From the NCBI GenBank assembly GCA_043825875.1, contig JBDRRF010000038.1, positions 1 to 64,000 of the forward strand: DNA of 64,000 nucleotides, in the 5' to 3' direction. Below are positions 1 to 10,665 of the stretch, piece after piece. The position numbers and the translations under genes were made by a program. Below the pieces are notes generated by a model. The model searched no databases. It saw nothing but the letters and a program-made list of their open reading frames with translations, and had not been told where the DNA came from. The stretch comes from Pseudomonadota bacterium (lineage in GTDB: Bacteria > Desulfobacterota > Desulfobacteria > Desulfobacterales > RPRI01). The number at the start of each line of letters is the position of its first letter. Positions within the stretch are counted from its first letter, which is position 1.

Positions 1-384
<384 letters not shown>

Positions 385-451
385 AACTTTTGACTTTTGA
401 TTCTTTGCATGCAAAAGCATGCGCCCTAACTCACAAGCTGTCACTATTTAG

Positions 452-464
452 TTTTCAAAGATCA
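452..464 (-). promoter_or_regulatory. rrn leader boxA antitermination element
   Basis: Minus strand reads TGATCTTTGAAAA about 70 nt upstream of the mature 16S. Confidence 0.75.
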
Positions 465-505
465 AGTGGTTGCCAAAGCGGCAACCTCTGTACTGAAAAA
501 GATAT

Positions 506-823
506 TTTATACTTTATCATAACCCTTTGTGTCAAGTTATTTTTTAATTATTTTTTAAAAAAATAACTTCTGAAACACAATCGGTTACCTTTTACAGAAA
601 GGAGTTTTATAGCAAATTAACTTTCTGTTTGTCAAGCTGTTTTTATCTTAAAAATAACGTTTAATGGCTATTCCCAAAGATATCATTATCTGCAATCTGA
701 AGAAATTCTGATTTTGCGCACTGCAAAATTTTCCAGCCTCTATGAAGTCTATATTTGTAAAAAAACAAAGCTTCAAATATTTAAAACGTAGCGTTTTCTA
801 TCCTTAGGGACATCTTATGTCAA
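506..823 (-). promoter_or_regulatory. Three tandem sigma70-type rrn promoters
   Basis: Minus-strand TTGACA at 530-535, 630-635 and 818-823, each followed after 17-18 nt by TATAAA, TATAAA and TAGAAA. Confidence 0.7.
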
Positions 824-831
824 GCGATATT

Positions 832-2121
832 TTACTGTTTTATTCTAATTTTATGAATCCGCTTTTTGCCTGATCTTAACAAGATCTCCATCTCATTGAT
901 ATCATTTAAGGTAATCAATTCGTCAAACTTTTCGATTCGCCTATCATTTATATAAGCGCCTCCCTGTTCGACAAGCCTTCTTGCGGCAGCTCCGGATGAA
1001 GCAAGTTCTACCTCATGAAAAAGTTTAAAAGCGGGAATTCCCAATTTAAAAACATCATGATCAATATAAGAACAAGGAACGGATACGTCTTTGATTTCAG
1101 CGCTCTCTCTTGGTACAGAGCTGTGTATCAACATATCTTTCGGAACAGATCGTTTGTTAAAAACGCTTGCAGCAGCTTGGTATGCTTTAACCGCTTCATC
1201 ACGCCCGTGTGCAAGTAAAGTTGTTTCAAACGCAAGTATTGTTTTGGCACTATTTAAATCAGCTCCTTCTAATTTTTCGATATCTCTAATCTCATTTATC
1301 GGTAAAAACGTAAAAAGAGCCAAAAAACGCGCTACATCCCTGTCGTCAGTATTTATCCAGTACTGATAGTAATCATAAGGAGTTGTTCTTGCTGGATCCA
1401 GCCATACAGCGCCTTTTGCAGTTTTTCCCATTTTAGCTCCATTACTGGTTTTTATTAATGGAAAAGTAATGCCAAAAGAGATGCTTTTTTTAACTTTTCT
1501 TATAAGTTCAATGCCTGCAACAATATTTCCCCATTGGTCACTACCTCCCATTTGCAGCTGGCACTGATATTTATTAAAAAGTTCTAAAAAATCATATGCC
1601 TGTAATAACATATAATTAAACTCAATAAAGCTAAGTCCTTCTTCAGAATCAAGTCTTAGCTTATAGCTTTCGGCTTTTATCATCCGGTTAACTGAAAAAT
1701 GCCTTCCTATATCTCTTAAAAAAGGGATATATTCTAATTCACTAAGCCAATCATTATTATTAACAAGAAGAGCCTTATTGTCGCTAAAGTTAATAAACCG
1801 TGAGAGCTGTTTTTTTATACCGGCAATATTGTCTTCGATCGTTTCAGGCGTCAGAAACTGCCTCATCTCGGTTTTTCCGCTTGGATCGCCTATCAGGCCT
1901 GTTCCACCACCTATAAGAGCAATAGGTCTGTGACCATATTTTTGCATATGGGCAAGCGCCATTATAGGGACAAGGCTTCCAACATGCAAACTCGATGCGG
2001 TGGGGTCAAAGCCTATATAGCAAGTGACCTTATTATTACCGATATAGTCTTTGAGCTCCTCATCATGAGTGGTGTTTTCAATAAAGCCTCTTTCTTTGAA
2101 AATATCAATTAAGTCAGCCAT
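832..2121 (-). CDS. tyrS: Tyrosyl-tRNA synthetase
   Basis: YIGFDPTASSLHVGS (HIGH), GGSDQWGN, KMGKT and a C-terminal S4-like domain. Start moved to ATG 2121 (MADLID) behind GAGGG. Confidence 0.98.
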   Translation of the reverse strand: MADLIDIFKERGFIENTTHDEELKDYIGNNKVTCYIGFDPTASSLHVGSLVPIMALAHMQKYGHRPIALIGGGTGLIGDPSGKTEMRQFLTPETIEDNIAGIKKQLSRFINFSDNKALLVNNNDWLSELEYIPFLRDIGRHFSVNRMIKAESYKLRLDSEEGLSFIEFNYMLLQAYDFLELFNKYQCQLQMGGSDQWGNIVAGIELIRKVKKSISFGITFPLIKTSNGAKMGKTAKGAVWLDPARTTPYDYYQYWINTDDRDVARFLALFTFLPINEIRDIEKLEGADLNSAKTILAFETTLLAHGRDEAVKAYQAAASVFNKRSVPKDMLIHSSVPRESAEIKDVSVPCSYIDHDVFKLGIPAFKLFHEVELASSGAAARRLVEQGGAYINDRRIEKFDELITLNDINEMEILLRSGKKRIHKIRIKQ

Positions 2122-2128
2122 ACAACCC

Positions 2129-3691
2129 TCATTTATTTGCGAACTCAACAGCTCTTGTTTCACGAATCACTATCACTCTTATCTGCCCGGGGAAAACAAG
2201 CGATTCTTCTATCTTTTTGGCAATATCTCTGCTTAACATGACTGAATCTGCATCCGATATGATCCCGCTTTCTACAATCACTCTAAGTTCTCTTCCGGCC
2301 TGAATAGCATAGGTGTTTGAAACACCTTTAAAAGAATTGGCTATTTTTTCCAGATCTTCTAACCGTTTAATATAGCTTTCAAGCATTTCTTTTCTGGCTC
2401 CAGGCCTTGCTCCTGAAAGAGCATCCGCAGCCTGGACAAGATATGCATATACGGATGAAGGCGGTATATCTTCATGATGAGCAGCAATTGAATGCACAAC
2501 TTTAGGGGCTTCACCAAATTTTTTCGCAAGATTCGATCCGATTACAGCATGTGGCCCTTCGACCTCATGATCAATTGCCTTGCCTATATCATGCAACAGA
2601 CCCATACGTCGTGCAAGCTTTGCGCTAAGCCCAAGCTCCGAGGCCATTATTCCGCTTAAAAAACCGACCTCAATTGAATGCTGTAAAACATTTTGCGTAT
2701 AGCTTGTTCTGTATTTTAATCTTCCTATATACTTTATTAGTTCATTATGAATCCCATGAACACCCAGATCAAAAGCTGCTTGCTCACCAGCTTCCTTTAT
2801 AACCTGATCAACCTCAATACCAACTTTTTTTACTACATCCTCTATTCTTGCCGGGTGAATCCGACCGTCAGAGATAAGCCTCATAAGTGAAATACGTGCC
2901 ACTTCTCTTCTTACCGGATTAAACCCTGATAGAATTACTGCTTCAGGAGTGTCATCTATAATAAGATCAATTCCGGTAGCTGCTTCAAGGGTCCGTATAT
3001 TGCGCCCTTCTCTTCCTATTATTCTTCCTTTCATTTCATCGCTAGGAAGTTGAACAACAGAAACAGTTCGTTCAGCTACATAGTCCGAAGCATATCTTTG
3101 CATAGCAGTAGCCATAATACTTTTTGCTTTCTTCTCAGCCTCTTCTTTGGCTTCATTTTCTATTTTTTTAATTAGCTTTGCACCATCATGACGGGCTTCA
3201 TTTTCCATGGCTCTAAGCAAAAGCTCTTTAGCCTGTTCAGCGGTTAAACCTGATATTCTTTCAAGTTGTCTGTTTTGTTCCTCGATTATTTCATTGTATT
3301 TATTTTCACTGTTCTCAATATTATCTTCTCTTTTTTTAAGAATAGCTTCTTTCCGTAAATTTTCCTTCTCTTTGCGTTCAATCTGGTCAAGCTTATTATC
3401 TAAACTTTCTTCTTTTTGAATAAGCCTCTTTTCACGTTTTTTAAGCTCGGCTCTTGTTTCCTTGGTTTCAAGATCAAATTCTGTTTTCATCTTGAATAAT
3501 TTATCTTTTGCCTCTATCTGGGCTTCTTTAATAACAGCTTCCGACTTTATCTTTGCGGCTTCTATTATTCTGGTAGCCCCATTCTCTGCTGCCTTGACTT
3601 TTTGGGAAGTCATTTTTCCTTTTACCCAATAGGCAACTAAATATCCTATGGCAAACATTACTACGCCAATTATTATCAGGTATATGTTCAT
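2129..3691 (-). CDS. rny: Ribonuclease Y
   Basis: N-terminal TM helix, coiled coil, KH (GRIIGREGRNIR) and HD (LLHDIGK) domains. Confidence 0.98.
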   Translation of the reverse strand: MNIYLIIIGVVMFAIGYLVAYWVKGKMTSQKVKAAENGATRIIEAAKIKSEAVIKEAQIEAKDKLFKMKTEFDLETKETRAELKKREKRLIQKEESLDNKLDQIERKEKENLRKEAILKKREDNIENSENKYNEIIEEQNRQLERISGLTAEQAKELLLRAMENEARHDGAKLIKKIENEAKEEAEKKAKSIMATAMQRYASDYVAERTVSVVQLPSDEMKGRIIGREGRNIRTLEAATGIDLIIDDTPEAVILSGFNPVRREVARISLMRLISDGRIHPARIEDVVKKVGIEVDQVIKEAGEQAAFDLGVHGIHNELIKYIGRLKYRTSYTQNVLQHSIEVGFLSGIMASELGLSAKLARRMGLLHDIGKAIDHEVEGPHAVIGSNLAKKFGEAPKVVHSIAAHHEDIPPSSVYAYLVQAADALSGARPGARKEMLESYIKRLEDLEKIANSFKGVSNTYAIQAGRELRVIVESGIISDADSVMLSRDIAKKIEESLVFPGQIRVIVIRETRAVEFANK

Positions 3692-3875
3692 TATCTATCT
3701 CCAGTTGTTCAAAATTAGCTTATATAAAACAAGATAGGTTAAGCTACCATGTAAAATTTAGCAATTTAAAAATTAATTATGGGCAGTGGCATAAAAACAG
3801 CTGATGGGTAGGAGGAAAACGGTAAGGGGCAAAGATAACTCCTCAAAGATATCAATTCTATTTTCCGGGCAAATA

Positions 3876-4059
3876 TAATACCCCCGCACTGTGCCGTGTT
3901 GGCAAGCCCCTGAACCTAATGTTCAAAGTTGGCGCCTTATGGTTTTTTTAGGCTTTTCTGTACAGGCAGAACATGCACACCAAAACCAAGGAAGGCTCCC
4001 TAAATTTTCTTTGTTGGATCAAAGATCAAATACCAATCACAAACACGGCAGGGGTATTA
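3876..4059 (-). ncRNA. ssrS: 6S RNA
   Basis: About 184-nt segment closed by a long terminal stem (TAATACCCC/GGGGTATTA, TGCCGTGTT/AACACGGCA), in the canonical position directly downstream of zapA. Confidence 0.85.
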
Positions 4060-4252
4060 TAAAAAACCAATTTCGTTCCGAAAATCCCGGTCGGAGAAAA
4101 ATTCTATATTTGAGAAATCGAAGATAAATCCTCTATTTTCAGCTTGTTACTATTACAATTATGAAAGTAGGAACAAAATGTCTTTTCTGATTTTTAATAT
4201 TGTTGAATTTATTTCAAGTCCGTATTTAACAAATATTATCAAAAATCTAATA

Positions 4253-4540
4253 TTAAAAGCTTTCTAATTTATTCAATAGCATTGACGATTTATCAGAAAT
4301 TTTGCGAATAAAATCCACATGGTTGTCTTTGATATCAATATTATCTCCAGCAATATTCATAGCAGTCAATATCATAATTCCAAGCGGATTAAAGCGTGCC
4401 GGTGAGCCCTTCTGTTGAGACTCAACTTTTTTTACTTCTTTAACAAGCAGCTCGGCCACTTCTTTAGCTTTTTCAACCTGAGTTTCAGCTTTGAATGTAT
4501 ATTTCTTTCCAAAAAGCTCTATTGTTATAATTTGTTCCAA
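4253..4540 (-). CDS. zapA: Cell division protein ZapA
   Basis: ITIELFGKKYTFK...ILTAMNIA motif. TTG start chosen behind GAAAGG; the ORF extends to 4561. Confidence 0.85.
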   Translation of the reverse strand: MEQIITIELFGKKYTFKAETQVEKAKEVAELLVKEVKKVESQQKGSPARFNPLGIMILTAMNIAGDNIDIKDNHVDFIRKISDKSSMLLNKLESF

Positions 4541-4577
4541 TAAGAAATATCTACCTTTCAATGTAATTTAATGGCAT

Positions 4578-4823
4578 TTAACTATCAGCCTCTGTAACAT
4601 CACCCAGCCTGTTAAGAAGATTATCTATCTTTGATTTAATAATATCTCTCTCCTGTATGTAGTCCTTTTCCCTTTCGCTCTTTTCCTGTAGTTCCTCCTC
4701 TAACTTTACTATAGTACTCTTAAGTTCCGAGTTTGTTGCTTCATATGATTTGCAAACTGCAACCAGTTTTTCAAGTCTGTTTTCTATCTCATCAAATTGC
4801 CGCAGGATCAGTTCTTTATCCAA
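4578..4823 (-). CDS. zapB: ZapB-like coiled-coil cell division protein
   Basis: 81-aa coiled coil ending IKSKIDNLLNRL, directly upstream of zapA. Confidence 0.75.
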   Translation of the reverse strand: MDKELILRQFDEIENRLEKLVAVCKSYEATNSELKSTIVKLEEELQEKSEREKDYIQERDIIKSKIDNLLNRLGDVTEADS

Positions 4824-4908
4824 GTTTTCACCTCATATCCATAATCTTTTATAATATTTAATTCATGCCAAAGTCAAGATATAATACATCATTTCCTTGT
4901 ATCGAAAA

Positions 4909-5658
4909 TTATTGAATCATTCTTTTTTTCATTATTTTTTCCACAACCATCAACTCCTCCAAGCTGTTTACACCTAATACCTCTTCACTGTCTTGACCTA
5001 TCATCGCTCCTACCTTTTTGTTTTCGGAATATCCGATTTTAACAACATCTGTAAGATAAAATTCACTCTGAGCGTTATTTGCTTTTATTTTATTCAGAGA
5101 ATATTCCAAAAAGTCTCTCTTTATACAATATATTCCTGAATTAATAATGTTTATACTTTTTTCTTCATCATTTGCATCAGCTTCTTCTATTATCCCGGAC
5201 ACACAGTTTTTTTCATCCATAATAATCCTTCCATATCCTTTAGGATTATCGATTTTAACTGCAAGAACAGATACGTCACGATCCGATTTAATATGGCCTT
5301 CATATAGCTTTTTTACCGTATCAAAAGACAGAAGCGATACATCCCCACACAGTATTAAAACCTGCTTAGAATATTCGGGCAGAAAAGATAAGGCACACTT
5401 AACCGCATGCCCTGTACCAAGCTGCTCTTTTTGTAAAGCAAAAGTGACATTATAATCATTTGATACTACCTCGCCGACTTTTTTAGCTTGATTTCCAACT
5501 ACAACAACAATGTTATCGCCGGCAATTTTTTTAGCTGTTTCAAGAATATACATAATCATAGGCTTACCATTAATCTCATGTAATACCTTTGCCTTATCTG
5601 ATTTCATCCGTTTCCCTAATCCGGCAGCAAGAATTATAGCAACAAGTTGATTGTCCAT
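4909..5658 (-). CDS. GlmU-like UDP-GlcNAc pyrophosphorylase, uridyltransferase domain only
   Basis: ILAAGLGKRMKS, KVLH, EQLGTGHAV, GYGRII, EFYLTD and GVNS motifs; ends at 249 aa without hexapeptide repeats. Confidence 0.85.
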   Translation of the reverse strand: MDNQLVAIILAAGLGKRMKSDKAKVLHEINGKPMIMYILETAKKIAGDNIVVVVGNQAKKVGEVVSNDYNVTFALQKEQLGTGHAVKCALSFLPEYSKQVLILCGDVSLLSFDTVKKLYEGHIKSDRDVSVLAVKIDNPKGYGRIIMDEKNCVSGIIEEADANDEEKSINIINSGIYCIKRDFLEYSLNKIKANNAQSEFYLTDVVKIGYSENKKVGAMIGQDSEEVLGVNSLEELMVVEKIMKKRMIQ

Positions 5659-5697
5659 TTCTAACCTAATATCCTTTTTCTATAATTTATCTATGTA

Positions 5698-5839
5698 GAG
5701 CCACTTTCAAAACGTTTCAGTTTGGTCAAGCTCAAGGCGGGAGAATATTTCAACCACAGGAATACATAGAGTATTTCGAGGATTGAAATTTGAGCCCAAC
5801 GCAGAGATCGGCCAAAATGGGGCGTTTTGAAACTGGCTC
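5698..5839 (+). mobile_element. MITE family A copy 1 (142 bp)
   Basis: TIR GAGCCACTTTCAAAACG ... CGTTTTGAAACTGGCTC, flanked by 4-bp direct repeat TGTA. Confidence 0.92.
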
Positions 5840-5954
5840 TGTATATTAAACAGCTACTCTTCTTTATCCTATATATTGAGATTATGTCCACAAATTAAAA
5901 TGGTTTCCATTTTATTGAACATACCAGCACTAAAATTGAAAATCAATACCACTG

Positions 5955-6096
5955 GAGCTAATTTCAAAACGTTTCAGTTTGGTCAAGCTCAAGGCTGGAG
6001 AAAATTTCAACCACAGGAATACATTGAGTATTTCGAGTATTAAAATTTGAGCCCAACGTAGAGATCGGCCAAAATGGGGCGTTTTGAAACTGGCTC
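5955..6096 (+). mobile_element. MITE family A copy 2 (142 bp)
   Basis: Same body as copy 1; 4-bp TSD ACTG. Confidence 0.92.
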
Positions 6097-6138
6097 ACTG
6101 GATTTATCAAAAATTATTCGTCAGACAACAACTTATTT

Positions 6139-7050
6139 TTAGAATGTTTTTGTTACAAATGATTTTCTTCTGAGTTTATCCTGAAAATCAACACTTCCAT
6201 CCTTCACAATTACATTAAGATATTCGATATTACGGTTAATCGCTTCGATATAAAGATTGCGGTCAATCATAAATCTCTCTTTAAAATGGCTTTGTGCATA
6301 CTTATAGACATTAAAAAAAGTTTTGGAAAACCGCTTTTTCATTAATTTATGAAAACTTAAGGTTTTTTTTATGATATCAAACTCAATATTAAACCCTTTG
6401 ATTTCAGCCTCTTTAAACTCATAAAACAAAAATAATAGTTTCTCCAGATAGTCCCTGTCTGACATCTGAGATAAAATATCGGATGTGCCAAGTATATATC
6501 CGGATAGTTTTTCTTCATCGGAGGAAAAAGCTATGGTATCCGGTTTAATCTGCAAATCTGTACACAAAATAAACTTATTCATAGGTAAAAATTGATCCGG
6601 AGCAATTTTAAAAGCCTCATGATGCCTTTCAATAAATTGAATACTTCTTTTTACATGAGTTGCGGTATGTTTTGCACCGGTGCCTTTACTATCATTATTT
6701 TCTTGAATATACCCCGTATCATGAAAAAGGGCAGAGTTCAGAAGGGCTGAAGCAAGTAAAATCGGAAGGGGTTTGTTTTCCAAGTTGTATCCATCTATTA
6801 ATCGGGCGGTTGCAAGCAAAATATCCAGAGTGTGCGTGAAATCATGATATTCAGTGTTGCATGCCTTATAACCCGGAAACTTCCCATCAAATAGGGTTTT
6901 TATAATATAAAAATTATCATATATAGTATCAAAATTTCTGTTTGAATAATGGAAACAAAAGGTCTTTCTGACCTCAGTGATAATTGATTCAGGACTGGAA
7001 TTACGTATAAGCTTTGACAACTGGATACTATCGCTTGAATTCACATGCAT
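6139..7050 (-). CDS. HD-domain metal-dependent phosphohydrolase
   Basis: YHDFTHT, ALFHDTGY, HVKRS and SDILSQM motifs. Confidence 0.8.
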   Translation of the reverse strand: MHVNSSDSIQLSKLIRNSSPESIITEVRKTFCFHYSNRNFDTIYDNFYIIKTLFDGKFPGYKACNTEYHDFTHTLDILLATARLIDGYNLENKPLPILLASALLNSALFHDTGYIQENNDSKGTGAKHTATHVKRSIQFIERHHEAFKIAPDQFLPMNKFILCTDLQIKPDTIAFSSDEEKLSGYILGTSDILSQMSDRDYLEKLLFLFYEFKEAEIKGFNIEFDIIKKTLSFHKLMKKRFSKTFFNVYKYAQSHFKERFMIDRNLYIEAINRNIEYLNVIVKDGSVDFQDKLRRKSFVTKTF

Positions 7051-7181
7051 AGCCTTTATTTAAGAAACAAGTGAAATTTATCCTTATAATTAGAGCAGGT
7101 CGATTTTTATGACAATGCAAAAAGAGTTTATTTTCTTTTCAATCCGATAGTTATCTATCCTATAGATAGCTATAAGTCAAT

Positions 7182-7219
7182 AAAAAAGGGCTTACAGCTC
7201 TTATCAGCCATAAGCCCTT
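7182..7219 (-). terminator. Intrinsic terminator after tRNA-Val
   Basis: AAGGGCTTA...TAAGCCCTT stem followed by a T-run on the minus strand. Confidence 0.75.
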
Positions 7220-7227
7220 AAATTATC

Positions 7228-7302
7228 TGGTAGGCGCGATTGGATTTGAACCAACGACTTCTACCGTGTCAGGGTAGCGCTCTCCCCCTGAGCTACGCGC
7301 CT
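7228..7302 (-). tRNA. tRNA-Val(GAC)
   Basis: Cloverleaf AGGCGCG...CGCGCCT-ACCA; anticodon arm CTACC-CTGACAC-GGTAG; T-loop GGTTCAAATCC; encoded CCA. Confidence 0.97.
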
Positions 7303-7661
7303 TTATTATTATTGGCATTAGCATCAGTTAATTTTTGTGTCAAGAGATTTGGATTGCTTCTTTTTTGGATATGAACTTTTGAATAAAAGAATTTTTTGAA
7401 CCATTGTCGATGATGCGATGATGCCAACATATGAGATTGCACTATATAATTTGACTTTGCAAAAAATATCAGTTATTTTTGCACGAAAAAAATCTCCCGT
7501 TATAATTCTCCTCTTTTTTTCCAGCCGGCATATCTCATCTTCGCAGGGAGAGAACTTGTTGAATCAACAAGTAAAAACAAACCCGGAACGAATCGGATAA
7601 ATATCCATCTTAACGCAGGAAACAAGCAAAGCAAACCTGTAATAGAGGAAATGATATCCCC

Positions 7662-10607
7662 ATGACTATAATACTTATTTTGTCGCTATCTATTTCCCTG
7701 CAATTCTTTGCAGCATTCATGGCTTTCAGGCTTATTCCTATTACCGGCAAACGGTTAGCCTGGAGTTTTATCGCAGTAGCCCTGATGTTTATGGCTATGA
7801 GGCGGTGTATCCCTCTTATCCATATGCTTTCCGGAAACACGATGATCCGTCCGGATTTAAACGCCGAACTCTTGGCCCTCTTAATATCAATCTTAATGAC
7901 AGCCGGCATAATAAGGATCGCTTCAATTTTTTTGGAACGCAAGAAGACGGAAGATACACTCCGGCATTCCGAAGCCTTTCTTAATAAAATTATTGAAGAA
8001 AGCCCCAACCCAATGTGGATTGCTGATGAAAAAGGCACACTGATCAGAATCAACCAGTCTTGCTGCAATTTATTAAACCTCATGCCGGAAGAAGTTATCG
8101 GAAAGTATAATGTGTTCAATGATAATATTGTTGAAGAACAAGGGCTACTCCCCTTAATAACATCAGTATTTGAGGAAGGTAAAACAGTAAGATTTGACAT
8201 TACATATGAAACAACTCAACTTAAACAGCTTGCACTTAATAAAAAAGCATTTGTGATTCTGGATGCCTCCATTTTCCCCATATGGGATTCAAACGGAAAA
8301 ATCACGAATGCAGTCATCCAGCATATTGACATCACAGAGCGAATCCGGGCTGAGGAGGAGAAACGCGAGAGCGATGAGCGATTTAGGCTCATGTTCATGA
8401 ATGCTCCTATGCCCTACCAGTCACTTGATGAGAAAGGGAATTTTATTGAAGTAAACAAAGCTCTTGTAGATATCTTGGGATATACTCGAGAGGAATTGAT
8501 TGGCAAAAATTTCGGAGACGTCATTCATCCGGACTGGGTTGACCATTTCAAGGAAAACTTTCCCAGATTCAAGGCCATAGGTGAAGTTTTAGGCGTTGAG
8601 TTCGAGATGGTAAAAAAAGACGGTTCCACCATCCTAGTGTCATTTTATGGTAATATTCTAAAAGATGACCAGGGCCATTTTGAAAGAACGCAATGTATCT
8701 TTCAAAACATAACAGAGCGCAAGCAAGCGGAAGAAGCGCTTAGGATTAGCGAAGAAGGATACAGGTCCTTAATCGAAAATCAAACCGATCTTGTTTGCCG
8801 TTTTAGCCCTGAGGGAACTTTTACATTTGTCAATGATGTGTATTGCAAGTTGTTTGGAAAAACAAAAGATGACTTGATCGGTAAAAAATGGTTTCCTTTG
8901 TCTCTGGATGATGACTTCAAAGAAATTCAGGGAAAACTGCTGAAATTGTCCCCGATAAACCCGGTTGTGAATATTGAAAATAGAGTGCGTTCTGTCAATG
9001 GAGATATACATTGGATACAGTTTGCCAATAAAGGTTTTTTCGACCTTAACGGAAATATGATAGAAATTCAATCTGTAGGACGCGATATAACCGAACTCAA
9101 ACTGGCGGAAGAAAAAGCGGCTCGAACAGCATGGGAGTGGCAAGCTACCTTTGATTCCGCAAATGATGCTATCTGGGTTCTGGATCAAAAACAGCGGGTA
9201 TTGCGGTCGAACAAAACCGCGGAGCGGTTTTTTCATCTCTCCTGTGAAGATTTCATTGGTAAACACTGTTGGGAAATTGTGCACAACACATCGAAACCGA
9301 TCCCCGAATGTCCTCTCTCCCGGGCGCAAAAAAGCCTTTGCCGCGAGACCATGGAATTACAGATCGGCGATAACTGGTTTCAAGTTACCGCAGATACCAT
9401 CATAGACGTGGCCGGCCATTATGCCGGTGCAGTCCACATCATCCGCGACATCACCGATCGCAAAAGAATGGAAGAAGAGCTTTTGAAGGCACAAAAACTT
9501 GAATCCGTGGGAATTCTTGCAGGAGGCATAGCCCATGATTTCAACAACATCTTAACTTCAATATCAGGAAACATTTCCCTGGCGAAGATGCAGGTAAAGC
9601 CTGAACACGATATCTTTGATCTGTTAAGCGCAGCAGAAACCGCCTCAGTCAAGGCCCAGGGTCTTACAAGGCAGTTGCTGACCTTTGCCAAAGGCGGAAC
9701 TCCGGTAAAGGAGACTGCTTCTATTCAAAAGCTTATCAAAGAATCTTCTCTCTTTTTTTTGCGGGGTTCAAAATCCGCATGCAAATTTCAGATAGCAGAA
9801 AACCTATGGCATGTTGATGCGGACCAGGGACAGATAAACCAGGTCATTAACAATATTGTGATAAATGCAAATCAGGCAATGCCGGATGGAGGTACTATCT
9901 GGATTACGGCAGAAAATCTTATGCCGGAAAAGATACATGCAATACCGGTAAAGCCGGGAAGATACATCCGCATATCGATAAAAGATCAAGGGGTGGGCAT
10001 AGCTGAAAAACATCTTTCGAAGATATTTGATCCATATTTTACTACAAAGCAAGCCGGAAGCGGCCTTGGACTTGCCACGGCTTATTCCATCATAAAGAAA
10101 CACAACGGTCACATCTTAGTAGAATCTGTTCCGGGGATAGGAACCACGTTTGATATTTATCTGCCGGCTTCCGACAAAATGATTCAGGAAACAGAAGAAG
10201 AAGTTCTATTAAAAGGCCGGGGTAAGATACTTGTGATGGATGATGATGTACTGCTTAAAGAAATGGTCAAAGAGATGCTCAATTTGCTTGGTTATGAATC
10301 GGAGTTCGCAAAAGATGGCGATGAAGCTATTGAGATGTACAAGGAAGCGATTGAATCAGAAAAACCTTTTGATGCCGCCATCTTGGATATTACAATTCCC
10401 GGCGGTATGGGAGGAAAGGAAACCATAAAAATACTACAGGAAATAAACCCCAAAGTTCAAGCCATCGTTTTCAGCGGTTACTCTGATGATGAGGTTCTGG
10501 CAAATTTTAGTAAATACGGCTTTAAGGGCATGATGCCAAAGCCTTTTGATGTCTATAACTTGGGGAAAGTGCTAAATGATGTGTTAAAAGATAACAAAGA
10601 TGTTTGA
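7662..10607 (+). CDS. Membrane-anchored multi-PAS hybrid sensor histidine kinase with receiver domain
   Basis: About three N-terminal TM segments, four PAS/PAC repeats, AHDFNN H-box, N/G1/F/G2 boxes (DPYFTTK, GSGLGL) and C-terminal REC (VMDDD, LDITIP). Confidence 0.93.
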   Translation: MTIILILSLSISLQFFAAFMAFRLIPITGKRLAWSFIAVALMFMAMRRCIPLIHMLSGNTMIRPDLNAELLALLISILMTAGIIRIASIFLERKKTEDTLRHSEAFLNKIIEESPNPMWIADEKGTLIRINQSCCNLLNLMPEEVIGKYNVFNDNIVEEQGLLPLITSVFEEGKTVRFDITYETTQLKQLALNKKAFVILDASIFPIWDSNGKITNAVIQHIDITERIRAEEEKRESDERFRLMFMNAPMPYQSLDEKGNFIEVNKALVDILGYTREELIGKNFGDVIHPDWVDHFKENFPRFKAIGEVLGVEFEMVKKDGSTILVSFYGNILKDDQGHFERTQCIFQNITERKQAEEALRISEEGYRSLIENQTDLVCRFSPEGTFTFVNDVYCKLFGKTKDDLIGKKWFPLSLDDDFKEIQGKLLKLSPINPVVNIENRVRSVNGDIHWIQFANKGFFDLNGNMIEIQSVGRDITELKLAEEKAARTAWEWQATFDSANDAIWVLDQKQRVLRSNKTAERFFHLSCEDFIGKHCWEIVHNTSKPIPECPLSRAQKSLCRETMELQIGDNWFQVTADTIIDVAGHYAGAVHIIRDITDRKRMEEELLKAQKLESVGILAGGIAHDFNNILTSISGNISLAKMQVKPEHDIFDLLSAAETASVKAQGLTRQLLTFAKGGTPVKETASIQKLIKESSLFFLRGSKSACKFQIAENLWHVDADQGQINQVINNIVINANQAMPDGGTIWITAENLMPEKIHAIPVKPGRYIRISIKDQGVGIAEKHLSKIFDPYFTTKQAGSGLGLATAYSIIKKHNGHILVESVPGIGTTFDIYLPASDKMIQETEEEVLLKGRGKILVMDDDVLLKEMVKEMLNLLGYESEFAKDGDEAIEMYKEAIESEKPFDAAILDITIPGGMGGKETIKILQEINPKVQAIVFSGYSDDEVLANFSKYGFKGMMPKPFDVYNLGKVLNDVLKDNKDV

Positions 10608-10665
10608 GAAATACCTGATTTTGGGTAACTCATGGAAAGAAACAATCTAGCAGCCATCTACCTGC

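Noticed and set aside
3891..4127. 78-aa plus-strand ORF
   Set aside because: Antisense to the 6S RNA; no protein features.
5691..5891. Short ORFs over MITEs (also 41925-42158, 45753-45941, 48427-48618, 48615-48821)
   Set aside because: They are translations of the repeat (SPALSLTKLKRFESG recurs), not independent genes.
7228..7302. tRNA-Val as the attachment site of an integrated island
   Set aside because: No integrase and no duplicated tRNA 3' end seen in the window; a normal terminator follows.
7610..10428. Antisense or nested ORFs inside long genes (e.g. 7610-8200, 8769-9329; likewise 49017-49637, 62515-63114)
   Set aside because: Shadow frames of well-supported genes with no recognisable motifs.
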